A DNA stretch of 63,950 nucleotides, the filler included, from Dirinaria sp. TL-2023a (Eukaryota), in assembly GCA_051941275.1 (NCBI GenBank). It is 4 parts of 4 records of this genome, joined end to end, with 100 filler letters (N's around TTAATTAATTAA, not from the genome) between each part and the next. Parts side by side here need not be neighbours in the genome. Positions count along the whole stretch, not along the records: positions 1 to 16,343 come from JAVEBF010000495.1; positions 16,444 to 32,764 come from JAVEBF010000496.1; 2 more parts are not named here. One strand, 5' to 3'. The position numbers and the translations under genes are program-made. How positions within the stretch are numbered: position 1 is the first letter of the stretch; the number at the start of each line of letters is the position of its first letter. Of this stretch, positions 12,301 through 26,023 are shown one piece after another. The notes below the pieces were generated by a model. The model did not search any database. It was given only the letters and a program-made list of their open reading frames with translations, and was not told where the DNA came from.

Positions 12301-14355
12301 AAGAGAGCTATAAGTCGACGTCACACAAGAGAACCATCGTCGTCCCCCACAAGTACTGAGCTGGACGTCCCCGAAGTCTCGTCAGATGACTCTGGCGATT
12401 CTGCCGCTTCATTCGAAAGGATTCCACTAAGCCCTGCCGTTTCGGAAGGTGCAAAGTCCAATTCGATTGTCCGACACCTTGAAGAAACAACGGACGAGCC
12501 AAATTCGCCAAGATCGACGGAAACAGATGATCAGAACATAGAACAGACGACAGATGTCCGCAGCGATTCTGTAAGACGCAATGAAAATGGAGCTCCACAT
12601 TCCAAGCGCTCAAGCGTTGGCGCTTCATCGTTAGCCGCTGCTGAGGATATGAGCCAACATAATTCTCAATCACATGCTTTTACGCATGAGTTGGGGAGGA
12701 TGTATTGGCAGCGAAAAAGATCCTCAGGCTCGACAGCCTCGACGCGGCGCAAGGTTGATAGGCAGTCACTACATAGAGATAAGCTTGCCATCCATCATCA
12801 GCCTCTAGACGAAGCACCGCAACCTCTCACCTACGAAGAGGAATTGATTCTCATTAAATGCGAAAACATCTTGAAACATACTCGCTCCAGTACAGAAGAG
12901 TGCAAAGATGTTTCAGTCACCCTTAAATTCTTTCTGGACAATCAAGCACAACTCGACACCCGTGCTCAGGATGCACTGGAACATGTCAGGATTCTAAATA
13001 ATCTTCTTAAAGATCTACTTTTGATCATTGAGCCAATACAGTACGAGAAAAAGACCGCAACGTTCGTACTAAGCGAGCTTGATATTTTGATGCGCAGCAC
13101 ACGTACTCCGCTCAGCATGCTTAAAGAGGATTTTGCCCTCTTCGATATCACTCCTCTACCGTTGGAAGCTAGGCGCCGAGAGTGGAGCAAACTGATGCTT
13201 GCTTTCCAAGAGGAGAACCCCTTTTCATTGCCTGAGCATCTGGAGCTAAGCTGCCGTTACGGCAGCGAGATCCTTGCCAACGTTAAAGCTGGGATCCTAT
13301 CAAGTTCGGAGAGCGACCTCTTAAAATCCCGAATCTGCCGACTGAATGGCTTCGTACAAGAGTCGTCCTCGTCGTATACTCTAGATTCAAAAGAACCAAT
13401 ATCCAAATCCGCGGCTCACCACCGCCGGCGGGTCGCTGCGTCGCGCCACTCTAGCCCGGGGATACTCCCCGCAGCTGTGACGAGACATAACCAAGCGTCT
13501 AACAGGGACACAACGGCATCCGACGATACCGATTCAGAAGGTCTATCAGACAACGACGAGAGAAGCTCACTGGCCTCAACACTTGCAGAAAGCAAATCCA
13601 CACCAACAGGCGAAGTCAACTGGCTGTGGATATGTCAGGCAGACATTATTCCCGGGTTTTGGGCAACGCCGTGGACGCACCTCTTTTCCGACGCAGTGTG
13701 TTTGGGCGCCATGTCGGTTGTTCTCAAGGTTCTGGAAACTTTCACCACCAAGGCGAACATGAAGTACGTTGAGTCGCAACCGCGCTATAGGAGATGGCAC
13801 GGCGACGGGAAAAGCACCTATCCAAGCTATGCGCACAATTCAAGAGGTGGGATCGTTGTCTCTGGCGTTTACGAGCCTGTGCGTTTTTCCGCGTTCGAGC
13901 ACCCGATCGCAGCGATCGAGCTCCTCCACTCGTACGACCATCAAGTCAGCCGATCGCCCTTTTTGACCACGGAATCCGTGGTCGACAGCATCGGCGAGCT
14001 GATGGGCTTGGACAGCTGGCTGTCGATGGCTGGCCGCTTGCCGGAAATCGAGCTCGGGCCCAGCGACCTCCTGCGCACCTTACCGACCCTGATCCAACAG
14101 CTCATGACGGACTTTGACCTGGAGTTCTCGAGCCTCGATCGCACGTCCAAGGATGGAGGGTTACGGATCATTCAGACCATCGCAGCAGGGCTGCTCCAGA
14201 CTTTCACGGAACAGAATCTGTCGGAGGCGGAGCAGCTTTTTACAAGTATAGCGCTGCTGAGGGCTGCAAAGGTGGGGCTTTGTATTGCGAGAGGGCCGGA
14301 CACGAGCAAGCTCAGAGACGTCTTGAGGCATGATGTGCAGGTCTATTTAGCCTAG
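9387..14355 (+). CDS. Large (~1546 aa) modin-like protein: N-terminal TM/modin-like module, disordered R/S-rich middle, YTKIDRRLV module, helical C-terminal region
   Basis: ORFs 9387-12302 and 12649-14355 join in frame via intron 11968-12295 (G|GTAGGT...GCTAAT...TGCAG|ATCGT). The N-terminus VALLVAFAQAVQQY...FRFRVVYSIPQI resembles fungal 'modin' proteins (recognised from memory). A small extra exon inside the 328-nt intron cannot be excluded. Confidence 0.75.
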
Positions 14356-14826
14356 CAGTGGAAGGAAGCTTGCAAAAGGAAAAGAAAAAGAAAAAAGGAA
14401 AAGAAAAGCAAATCCGTTAACTCCGGCTCCCAAAGTATACGGACAACAAGCATTAATTATACTCTCTTAGCTCGATGGGGAAGAGAGCTGAGCACAACTT
14501 CCGCCTCAGAGCTAGTCAGTACTTCCAATTCCAGGACATGAGATTCTGCCACTTTCGCCACGCAATCCTCGCTGTATATAAAGCGTCTTTACGCCAATTA
14601 CCCAGGATCCACCCAATCATGAAACGAACAAGTTATGTTTTGAACCGCAAAACTCCCATTAAACAAACAAGCGAGCAAAAATCAAGAGGCATAATTGTGC
14701 AACAAGTTCCCCAACCAAAAACACGCAATATCCTGAAATGATAATGACAGCTAGAAAAAATTACCCAAACCTGTCCCATCCACCTTAGACAGCCGTAACC
14801 CAGCTGATTCCTCCCATGTCTCCAAA

Positions 14827-16063
14827 TCATGTCCACTCATTCCGCTCCCCATTCTCCTGCAGCCTCGAAGGCTGCACGACCGGAAGCAACCGGTCACCGG
14901 GCTCATTGTTGTTGACTTCTCCATCGTTGGCCGTGATGGCCTTTGGCTTGCCACTATCCTCGTCATCTGTCTCCGGTTCATCACGATACTGAGCTTCGAT
15001 CCTGCGATTCTTGCCCCGACCAGAGCCCCGAGCCTTATTGTTCGCCAAGTGCGCTGGCGTGGTATAGCGATCATTGGGCGATGACCATGACGGGCGAGCT
15101 CGGAAGAGGAGTATAACCACCACCTAAAATTTAATCCATCAGCTCCGGAGCAAGATAACGTCCACCACCAAAAAAAAAAAAAAAGAAAAAGAAAAAGAAA
15201 AAAAGAAAAAGCAAAGCGATACAAAGAGACCGAGAACCACCAGCTCACAGCACAGCCCAGCACGCACCTTAACCAAAAACGTCATGACCGCCACAAAAAC
15301 CAACAACCCGGCACTAATCTGCTCGTCCTTCCTCCACCTCTTGAAACAACTCCTGTGACCCCTCCCCTCATACATCTCCACACACGCCTCATCCCCCCTG
15401 CCCCGAATCGGAAGCGGATACGGCCGGTCCCTCACACTGTGCAGCCCACAGCACCGATGCCGGTCCTGGATCCGGCGGATCGCGTCCCCATTTTTGCCCG
15501 AATACAGCCGCTGCCACTGCTCGTCGAGCGCGCACTTCAACCAGCTTTCGGGCCCGAGATGCGTGATGGCCAGCGTCACGATGACGGTGTCGTAGATGGT
15601 CAGGATCACGAAGACGGAGACCGTGGACCAGGTGAAGGAGCCTTCTTTCGTGAGGAAGGCGCCGTGGGAGCGCCGCGCGAGGGCTTGGGCCCCGCGCAGA
15701 CTGAGGCCCGTGAGGATCGGTAGGAGGAGCGTTGCAATGGGCGTGGAGCGCGCGATGGGCACCGAGAGGCTGGTGATTTGTTGGAGGGACACGCTGTTTT
15801 TTCGAGGGCGGGTTAGATTATTAGCTAATGGGAGAAATAGAGGAGAGGAGAGGGGCTTACGCGGCGGTGACCACGAGTCCGAGAAGGAGCTATATTATGG
15901 TTATGTCAATTTATATCAGTTCTCAAGAAAAAAAAAACCCGTAAGGTATATCCAAACCGCCGGGCTGTGAAGATCGAAATCAAAGAACGGGTCAAGGGCC
16001 GCGTAGTCGTATCTTACGTACCAAAGCAATAACAAAAGAAAGGATCTTGGTCGATGTCCGCAT
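14827..16063 (-). CDS. Fungal tetraspanin (Tsp3-like), 4 exons (16063-16022, 15889-15861, 15793-15268, 15123-14827)
   Basis: Four hydrophobic segments; large loop with IRRIQDRHRCCGLHS (CCG motif) plus further Cys; canonical splice sites give a continuous frame. Confidence 0.82.
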
Positions 16064-16343
16064 CCTCACTCTTTCTCTTTTTACTCTCTCTCAAATCCTG
16101 CTTCTCTCTCTCTCTTTCAAAAAAGTCTATCTTCACAAAAAAAAGTGCAAAAAAAAGTGTAGTAGACAAAACAAAATGGGAATGCATTCCATTCCATCAT
16201 CACTCCCCTCGCGAGCTGAAACCCCCGCTAAGCTAGAACGTAAACGCAAGAGATCGACATGCGAAGCATGCGATTACCCCTCTATTTTTGCACGTGATTT
16301 TTTGGAGGGTGAGAAAGGGTCACGTGATTGGGTGTTTCTGGTG

Positions 16344-16443
16344 NNNNNNNNNNNNNNNNNNNNNNNNNNNNNNNNNNNNNNNNNNNNTTAATTAATTAAN
16401 NNNNNNNNNNNNNNNNNNNNNNNNNNNNNNNNNNNNNNNNNNN
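16344..16443. other. Artificial contig linker (N-run with TTAATTAATTAA)
   Basis: 100-nt N spacer with a six-frame stop cassette, identical to the other two linkers. Confidence 0.98.
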
Positions 16444-17317
16444 ACTTAAATCCTTGAAAGAATAATAATTTAATCCCGAGAGCCGACGCAGGAATCAGTA
16501 ATCTGCGCTTTTTCCTTCTCACCTCCCCCTCTGCCCCTTCTCTTTATGGAACTTAAATTGAGAAATCGATAGTCTCGATTTCGAGAAGGAGATGTTAAAT
16601 CAAATAGTCCCCCTCTTTTTGTCTAAGGTCGAATTTTTTTCACCTTAACCGCCTTAACCTGCTTCTCATTCTTTAAGTAAGACATGCATTCTCCCCCGTC
16701 CAAAAAAAGGTCATATAGTTGAATCTTACCTATTAAATTCTTGTATATTAATTAAAAAATATATGTTTTTTTGGGACATCGTTGAAGGGGAGATATGCAT
16801 TCTATCTATCAAAAATCGACTATCGAGAATCTGGAAGCCACTACTTTCTGTAATATAAATAAGATATAGATAGATCATGGCTAAGTTCCGAGGGAAATGT
16901 TTGTGCTGCATTGTGTGTTGGTAGAAGAAGGAAGGGAGACATATGTCCTGTGGTTGTAGGTCAAAGTGTGAGCATAAGAGATAAAATATATTTTCTGTCA
17001 ATGCACACCGCAATACTTCTGTTATGACGTTCTATATGGCATAGTTTTACCGTGTAGTTACCATGGCATTCTGAGTGCCTGCCATGGCAGGCCTGTGACT
17101 GCCTTCCCAGGCCTTATGGCGTTAGGCCACTAGGCCGTCTTTAGCTAGTATGATTTCTGCCTACCTTGTATAGGTCCTTCTATAGCTTCTTTAGAACTCA
17201 GATTCTTATTCCCCCAACACCCTCACACCTTCATAGAACTCCAGAAAAAAACCAAGCATGACGAAGTTTGCTCCACGAGCGAAATTGGAACTCCGAGCAT
17301 GATTTTGATATTCATAA

Positions 17318-17351
<34 letters not shown>

Positions 17352-18056
17352 CTTCGAAGTGCCGTCGAATTTCCTTCATTTCCCCCTTTCATCAACTTTC
17401 AACTAGCACCTCATAATACCCTGCTATTATAGATTGATACACCACCCACACACACAGAGAAAACATATAAATCGCGACTAATCAAGACTTACTAAGTAAG
17501 TACCTTTCCTAAACTCACCGCATTCCGCAGCCCCTTTTCAAACTGCCACAAACCCCTCCTGATTCGTAAGCTCTGTACTTGGGCTCTCGGATAGATTGCC
17601 ATTGTTGGGTAGTACATAGAGCTTGGATTTTTTTTACGTCAGAGGGTATAGCGGTGGGGGATACTATAAGAACATTGTTATTGTTATATTTGAACAGTGG
17701 GGTTACTGGATGGACTATGCTATATAGCCTTGGCTGGCTTGAAGTTGTGGTATTTTAGTAGGAGGGGGAAGCGAGGTGATATGTTTATTTAATACACGCA
17801 GTTACAGTGAGTTGCGCTCTATCATAAGATGAAGGAAGAGGGCAACTTTGCAGGCAGGCGTGATAGAATGAATACTTGCATTTCCCAAGGACAAAATCTG
17901 TAGGACTCAGGCACGCCGGATCTCGATAAGTGTAGATATGTACAGTAAATAGTACATGGACAGCCTTGATCCTCCCCCTTGAAAAATTAAAATGACATTG
18001 ACCCTAAAGTCCAAAGTCTCGAGATGAACTCATTCCACCGCACTTTTGCCGTGCCA

Positions 18057-18227
18057 TACTCGTTTTCACCTACTTTCTTGCCTCACCTACTTTCTTGTCA
18101 GGGTTAGGGTTACAGGCGATTTTTCACCCCATTAAAACACCTTTCATCAACCCTAAGTGAAAAACTGCGTGTAACCCTAACCCTGACAAGAAAGTAGGTC
18201 AGGCAAGAAAGTAGGTGAAAACGAGTA
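18057..18227. mobile_element. MITE-like element, 171 bp, 58-bp terminal inverted repeats, TA-bounded (Tc1/mariner-like)
   Basis: 18057-18114 and 18170-18227 are reverse complements with 1 mismatch. Each arm has a doubled ACCTACTTTCTTG subrepeat and AGGGTTAGGGTTA. Both ends are TA; no coding capacity. Confidence 0.75.
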
Positions 18228-21200
18228 CGACTTTTGAAAACGCGCGCCAATCTTTTCTTTTCTTTCCTTTTCAGCTGCGACGCACTTTGACAGCTACGAT
18301 AAAAAGCATTGAGGTGGATATAGAAGCCATTCAAGAAGAACCCCACGCGAGAAAATAAACCTTGTATCAACGCGCCTTGTCGTGGAAGCAAAGGACCAGT
18401 GGTCATTGTAATACTGGGACTATGTACATTATATTTTTCAAGTAAGATACTTGAAGTTAGCCATCTGGACCAAGAATGTCTGCGCCGGTGAAGGGGCGAA
18501 GAAAAGGGTGCGTGTGACGGTGTTCTGCTGGACTCCGGGAAGGATAGGTTCCTCATGTAGGGCTTTCTCGACGGGATTCTTGGGGGAAAAGGGTATTGCC
18601 TACGTAACTTACATGCCTTGTTTAGATGCGCCTTGTTGGCGTTGCTTCGGTATTTTGGCAGGAAAGGGCCAGACAGATGACTTTTTACTGTCTTACGTGT
18701 GGGTAGAAGTCTCAAAATGAAGAATAGTTTCGTGAATGATGCCTTCGAGAGGTAAGATACGATACAATGACATGTCTATGCTTTAGGAATTTGACCCTGG
18801 TGCTTAATAGGAGTTTTTTTTTTTCAAGAATGGGAAATTTTCAGCAAGGCAGTACAAATTGACACTATTTGATCTTCTGTCTTTCGAAGCTTCCTCTTGG
18901 ACTTTGACATACTTAGAAGCTGATACTCCCTCTTCAATTATTTAAAATGTAAGAATGGGTATCGGAGGATATTCCTTGAATGCCTTTGCTTTGCTTGTCA
19001 ATCATCTAGCTTGAGACTCGAAATTTACGCCACAAAAAGCATAGACAAATACCCCTGCGATAGAGAAATGCAAAGAAGTAGATGGTACATTGGACGCTGG
19101 TAAAGCCGTGGCCCAAGAATCAAAGTAATCATTTCGCGGTTTTGGATGTGCCAGCCGCTATGATAGCCTGAAGATCTTGGCATCGAACATTTGGGCGCAG
19201 AAGAAGGATCTCTACAATCCTCTTACCGACTTTAGACTATCTCACAAATCTTCCTCAAGCCAAAAACATATTTCTCTCTTCCCCACAAATTGAATACAGT
19301 ACAGCGATAGGAAAGTCAAATGGCGTTGCCCTTCAAGCCCCCTTAAGACCAAATGGGATAAGAGACACATACTTGGAGAAGCCAATAGGGTCAGGAGAGT
19401 AGATCCCGAATCCACCTGCTTAGGTCAGAAACGTAATTGGCGCTTTCTGCGGGACAACAGCAAAATTAGGGACGAGTGCTATGTCTGGTAGCTTCGTCTC
19501 AAGAGCCAAAGGTTTTCCAGTGCGGCTGGAAATTTGGCTGTGGCTTGTGTGGCTAAAGGAGGAAGGAAAGGAGGGCAGCGTGCAGGCGGATAGGTTGTAT
19601 CGATGAAGAATGAAGAAACAAGACGAATGTGGAGGTGGTCAAGGGCATGTTGGAAATGAAAAATAAGAGATTTGAGGTGCTTAGATCAATATTTCTCGGG
19701 CAATTCTCCGGCCAGAGTAGTGAAGCGCTGAGATATACAGCTGCGCTGGTGTATTTAGAGAGCGCTCGCGACGGAACATTAGGTGGCGAGTGTCAGTGTT
19801 CTCGAGAGTTCGAAGTGAAAAACGTTGTAGAAGGTCCGACTTTGATGACGCTAGAAAACGACGAAAGAGAGAATCTCATTGAATAAAGGCCTAAGGTTTA
19901 AAGAAGAAACATGGTTAAAGTACGCACGAGCTTTTGGTTGGCAGGGTACGCAGATATTAGTACCTCCAGGTATTATTCCCGAAACATTCTGACAGCCGAG
20001 CCAGCCGGTCCTCGGATACTAAGCGCACACTACCAAACTCAAATGTCGACAGCTTACCCAAGATCCATGCTGATGGTAGTGGTTGTGACGGGAAAAAGCA
20101 CGCACCTTTGACATCAACTTCCGAACTAGGATCCCCCTGTTTTAAGCCTCAGCATCCGAGACTTTACCTTTGGAGATGTGATACATGGTTCTCATCGTAG
20201 CCTTGCGGATCAAATGAAATGAACAAGCTAAGCAAAAGTATATGTTTGTTTGGACGTAGGTGATAGGTAGTAGAGGAAGCATCGAAAGGAAAAGAGAACG
20301 CACGGCGACCTCTCCGACGCTTGTAATGTGACTGCGTTCAGGATGGGATAAGAGTCACCTTCGTTGATACGGCAGCAGTATTACCACGATATAAGTCTAG
20401 GGGCAAAAAACCAACGATGACATGCTGTGCTTTCGTGAAAGCATTCGGCTCGGCCTGAGATCCTTCTACCACCTCTAGCAATTTCGATAGTATTAGAAAA
20501 TGGCTCATGCCAAACGTGAAACGCTATCACGGGCAAGCCGTTGCGCCGAATCAATATACTGTATCTGTGGACTATATTTGGTCACGGTGCTTGCCTTGGA
20601 GACGTCTGTCTTCGGGTAGGGATCAAGGCGTGTTCAACGGAAATGCTGTTCCAATTGTCTGATCATATCTTGACTGACCAAGGCAACCACTCGGTTAGCA
20701 GGCAGTGGGAGCACACACCGGTGATTTTTGCTCAAAGCTGCGAGAGTTCAAATTCGGCAGGGCAGCACCAGCTTGGACATTGAAGATCCCGACGAAACTG
20801 TTCATTGCTGCCCAACAAACGTCCTCATTATTTTCCGCCGAGATGTCTTATTGCCAATTGTAGAATGGTGCAAAGGCATCGGCGGATTGGGAGCTTGAGA
20901 GAAGGTTCAATGATAGTGTTGCGCTTGAATGGACAAGCTCCATGCCACAAGAATGACGTCCGCTTTCAGACTTTCAGTGCAAGCTGTGACACTATACTAC
21001 GATCGGCGATCCGGAGATTGAACCTTCAAAGTCTCAGCGACTTCCCATTTGCTGTTCAGGCTCTCCAATGAGCACTTGAAGCAAGGAGGTTGGTCCCCTG
21101 ATCTTCAAGGAGGTCCGTGACACAGACCTGGGATCCTGTCGTTTTAACGTTGCTGCCGTTCAGTCGCATCGCACCGCAGCTCGGAAGTGAAGGACCGAGC

Positions 21201-22444
21201 TGTCAAACCTGCATCGACGTCGCATACTTTATCCGATCTTCAACGGTCTGACTAGCTGCCGATTGGGTGCGATATTACACCCGTCGGAGTAGCGGTGAAG
21301 AGCCCCTATCATTCCCTGAGTCTTGTCTCTGAACACTTGGGTCGAGAGTAGCAAACAAATGGGTGTGAATGGACTCGGTTCAGTACTGAAGCATGACGGG
21401 ACCGGCTGGGTGCATCCTGCGGCTGCAGCATGCAGATACGAGGATTAGGGTTCGAGGAGCCGGGTGGAAGGAGCGCGTCGGTGGTGTGGAAAAAGTCCTA
21501 GGGAGAGAAAAAAGTCGTAAGGCATGCCAGAATGGTTTGCAGGGAGCACTAGCGACGCATCGAGGCGTGACCCAAGTCCATGATAATGACCCTGTCTAGT
21601 TTCCTGGGTGCCCTGGCATGTCATTCGTCGCGAACTGCGGAAGGTTATGCCTTTCGTGGGGGGTGGACGACGGTACGGAGCGCTGCCTGCCTGGTGACAG
21701 AGTTCAGATAGTACGATACCCGTCGAGGCTCAAGGCTCAAAGCTCGGTGGGCACGGCCCACTGCATTGGCCCCTAGACGAGCAGTGCGGTTCAACGGCGA
21801 GCGGGCGCTGAGCGCTTGCTCGCTGCTTGCTACTAGTCGCATGGATTGAAACGTTTTTCCAGAATTTTATTACTGCAGACGAGGTTGGTGGAGATGCTCC
21901 GCAAGGAGCTTAATAGTCACCGGAGCGAATCGGATAGCATTGCTTCAAGCACCGCAACTGCGAACAGAGGCCCCAAAAGTGACTCGGTTCTGTTCCCCCC
22001 AGGGAAAGCCTGATATCAATTGTTGCGATTCTGTGAGGAAAGACGTCGAAATCGATTGGGGCCCAAGAGACGATGTCTCAAGCCGACAAGCTTTGCACTG
22101 AACTTCGTCACATCACACAAGCGCCGCTTAACGGAACTCCGTTGCCTGGCTGCAGCAACAGTAGCTCCTCGAGACTCGAAGAAAGGCAAGATTCAATCTG
22201 AAATTACGTTTGCCAATGCCTGTCTCAACTTGTTTGCTGCCGTATGTGCAGCTCTAGCGTCCACTAACAGGGGAAATCAAGAGGACCATCGGAGCGGATA
22301 TAAGTAAGTACTCAAGACCCAGCGTTGTGACTTTGACCTTGGACGTTACCAGTGGACCGCATCGACGTGGCAATCACTGATGCTATCACCCAGGTCTCAA
22401 TTTGGTTAAAACCAGCTTGTCGAATTCCCTTTTTGGAGCAGACA

Positions 22445-23046
22445 ATGATGCCTTTAACACCGCGAGTCAGAAGCGCGTCGAAAGCAGACTTCATGAGTGG
22501 CCTCGGACTAACGTCTGGGGATCAACTTCATGAGAATTTATATGTTGCAATGAAGGTATTTTGTCGCGCATCGCTGTTGCTCTGGCGAGTACTCGGTCTG
22601 ACCAAGGACACAGCGCGAAGCCATCAGCGCCTTCAACTCGCACATGAGAGGGAGACGCGACCTGCTCCGACCACAATATGCCAATTGCAATCCTCCATTT
22701 GCCGCAAATCAATTCACGGATGACGCCTTCAACACCACCGTTCGCTATGTCTGGCAACATGCTGATCCGCATACTCGGATATGGTACGATAGAGCAGCGA
22801 CTCCTAGCGGTGACAATTGGATCGTGGCTTGGATGCTGTACCACATTTGCCGCTACCGCGATAGCCGGAACTCCAGGGCCCAATCACGGAATTTCCATGA
22901 CGACGACAATTTAGACCACGGCGAAGGTATGAGAAGGCTACGCAACTGAATTTGCTTCAATACTGACCCGTGAAGGTCATTCGTCTCCTCAGTCTACGAG
23001 GACTAATGGGTACTATGACCCAGCGAGAAATGGCTATGCAAATTGA
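22445..23046 (+). CDS. Small hypothetical protein, 3 exons (22445-22555, 22614-22926, 22976-23046)
   Basis: Canonical introns join three ORF pieces in frame; contains DNWIVAWMLYHICRYRD and ends GYYDPARNGYAN*. Confidence 0.7.
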
Positions 23047-23577
23047 ACTACTGAAAAGAAGTGGGAAATCACGGTTATGATAGGAGAAAAGAAGGAAATG
23101 CTCCACAGCCGGTAAGGATGATGCCGCGGCTCGTTATACTGGAAAAGCACTCGGTGGAGGTGGGCGGTAGGGCCAGGTTTGGTGACTTCTGTATTTCGTA
23201 GGACGTAAGTCGTCTGGTAGCCGCGTTAGCCCATCATTCTACTTTCGTTGCATATGCCTATCTAATCGACGTACCATGCTTCATACATGAGGTAACTTCA
23301 TTGAGCCTTAGCTCCCACCAAATGCCCCATTCCCAGTTATGCTGCTCCTGTGAAGCCTCCAAGCATCGGCTAGAGCTGCTTGGACCCAGTCGAATCACAT
23401 CGCAAAGTGCAAACCAGGGAGTCTAGGCTTAAGCCTCTACCGATTCGCCATCAGAGAAGCTGGAGCTATCAATTCTGCATTGCATGCTCCTTGGCCCGGG
23501 GCTGGAGGACCAGATCGAAAACGTGCATGACACCGCGTACGTCTCACCTCTTCCAGTAAGCGAAGTGGCTTTTCATA

Positions 23578-25230
23578 CTACTCATCATCGTCCTCCTTTT
23601 TCTGTTCCTTGTCGCCGCTACGGGATTTTCTCTCCTGTCTGATTTCTTTTAATGCTTCTGTTACTTTTTCGTCGCGCTCGTCAACTGTCTCATCCCAGTC
23701 GACATCATACTCCCTTGCCACGGCCTTGATTTCTTTCCTCAGAGCGTTGGCTTCGTCCGTCAGGGACTCCCATCTCTGAAGGTCGAAACCCCGGGCCTGA
23801 TAAAGCTTGTTTTGCCGCCGACTGACCGTGAGATTCATAGCTGAGCGGTATGAGACTTCGCGATTGTGGTAAAGAAACCACAAGTAGCCGCAGATCAAGG
23901 TCGATAGACCAACAAGATACTGTAGAAGATGAGAATTGGAAGATGGGATGCGTGCCTGCTCGCTTACCGTGACCGGTTCCATTGTATCCCAACCAAGATC
24001 TGTCTCGAAAGTCAAGCGATACACGGCGTACCAATAGACGAAGAGCAGTCCAGCACCCCCCATTGCCACCCACTGCGCCCCTTTATGCGCTGCAATATCG
24101 CACTCTTTCTTGATCTTTGTCATTCCCAGTATTTGACTTGATGTCTTGCGCAATCTTGTCCGAAGATAGTAGGTCCTGTCGTTGAAAGAAGGCACCCCTA
24201 TCCGTATCTCTCGCGGAGCGCCTTCGATCTCAACGGCAAACTCCTTTCCCCTAGCAGCATCACGGATGAAGTCTCCGATTTCCGTAGACGTGGACCATCT
24301 GACAAACCTGCCTTGTGAGCCTGTCTCCTCCAATGACGGCCCTTCGTGGCCCAGTCCACTGTAACTCTCGACTCCACCATCGCCTAGTGTTTCACGTTTG
24401 CCTCCCGTCTGCTTTTTACGTCTTAATTTTCCCGTTCGTTCCGTTTGTCCACCAAATTTGCTCTCTTCGAGTTCGCCCTCGTCGTACTCATTCTGCTCCG
24501 CCTCCTTTTCTTCTTCGGCGGTCCTGAGTTTTGGTTTGATCTCATCTTGTTGCGAATCCTCGGCTCGAAAGTGCACGGCAGGTATTTTTTCTTTGCCCTC
24601 TTTATCCTTTACGGTTGGTAGCTCCGACTGAATCAGTCGCTCCAGATACGAAAGAGGTTGCTGTGGGTGGACTATTTTCCTGTTAATGAAAAAAGCTGTC
24701 AGGAACCTCGTAAGGAAGCCTACCCAATAGTGCCAGCGGCTCAACATCTTTCCTGTCAGTATTCTTGTCCAGCGTCGTCAGAGGTATAATGAGTTTCAAC
24801 AAGCGTGACGGCGTGGTCAGTAATTTACCTACAAAAGATATGATCAGGTACCAGTAATCACTCGGTGTGGGGAGTAGTGAGGGATAGTGCTACCCTTTGT
24901 CATAGCTCCAGCAGAGCGGGGTCGTGCAACTGGGGGCAGATGCGATCCCTCTCGATGCCATGGTGCTCGCGTCTGCTTCTCTTTCTCCTGTGCGATTGAA
25001 TCTTCAAGGGTTGAATCCAACCTGTCTGACGAGGTATGATTGCCGCTCCTGGTAGCAGCAGCATCGTCATGCTCTGTCCTTCTGAAGCTACTACCCCAGA
25101 AGAATCGAGATCTGAGACAGCCTGCGCCGCACCTTAGGTGCGGTAAGGTAGAATCTAAGAGTGTACCATGTGGCTTCGATGTCAGCACATTTCGCACAAT
25201 GAAGGCTGTTCGAGAAGCAGCTGGCGACAT
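23578..25230 (-). CDS. MCU: Mitochondrial calcium uniporter (MCU), multi-exon
   Basis: Two TM helices flank the selectivity motif WDTMEPVT|Y (WDxxEP). VHPQQPLSYLERLIQSE and PSFNDRTYYLR are typical of fungal MCU. Arg/Ser-rich mitochondrial-type presequence. Confidence 0.92.
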
Positions 25231-25808
25231 CGCTGTCGATGCACAACAACCGTGTGATCGCAGCAATTGAAGCTGACCGGAGACATTGAAGAATCCCGCG
25301 TGTAATTAATCGATAATTAATAAGCCCGAAGATTGCACCAAGAACCTGATTTGTGAAGCCAAGACACAAAAGTGAAGTCACAAACCGGCTGCACGCAACG
25401 TTTGCCAAGACACGCCCCTGTCGATCCTCGACCCCTATTCGGTCTATTAGGTCGATTCCATCCCTTGGCTGTTCTCTGTCTACCTTACCTTACTACTGCT
25501 ACAGTGGCTGCGGTACGATTATCTCAACTCAAGGTAAGATACTTCCACTGTCGTCACATGTAATATTTGGTATTTTGATTTACCGGATTTCCATCATCCA
25601 TCCCTGGTTGATGGTGGAGGGAGGAATGCAGGTTCAGTGCTTGATTGCATCAAAAGTCCTCCGCTATGCTGCTGAGAAGTCGACCGTTGAATTCCCAAAT
25701 TAATGAATGCCTTGCTTCGGAGAATGCGGCGTGAGAATTCGCCTCGTCTAATGAAAGAGTAAATATGTTACAGCCATTTGCGAATCATCTTCGCACAAAT
25801 GCAACGCT

Positions 25809-25840
<32 letters not shown>
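25809..25840 (+). repeat. (GAT)n microsatellite
   Basis: About 10-11 tandem ATG/GAT units, intergenic. Confidence 0.9.
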
Positions 25841-25843
<3 letters not shown>

Positions 25844-26023
25844 AAAAGCATTCGTGGGAGTTTTCCCAAGCCCATGGTCTACGTAGTCGTCAAAAGTCGT
25901 CAGTCATCTCGTAAGGTCATAATGCCGTTCAAATCGTGCATGTCACTCTCATCGTCCATCTTCAGAAAAGGATGTTGTCTCAAAACATAACATAACGGCA
26001 AACAATTTCCGGCTCCACGGCAA

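Noticed and set aside
18950..19650. Possible frameshifted secreted-protein pseudogene on the minus strand
   Set aside because: Multiple stops and no recognisable motif; cannot be supported by eye.
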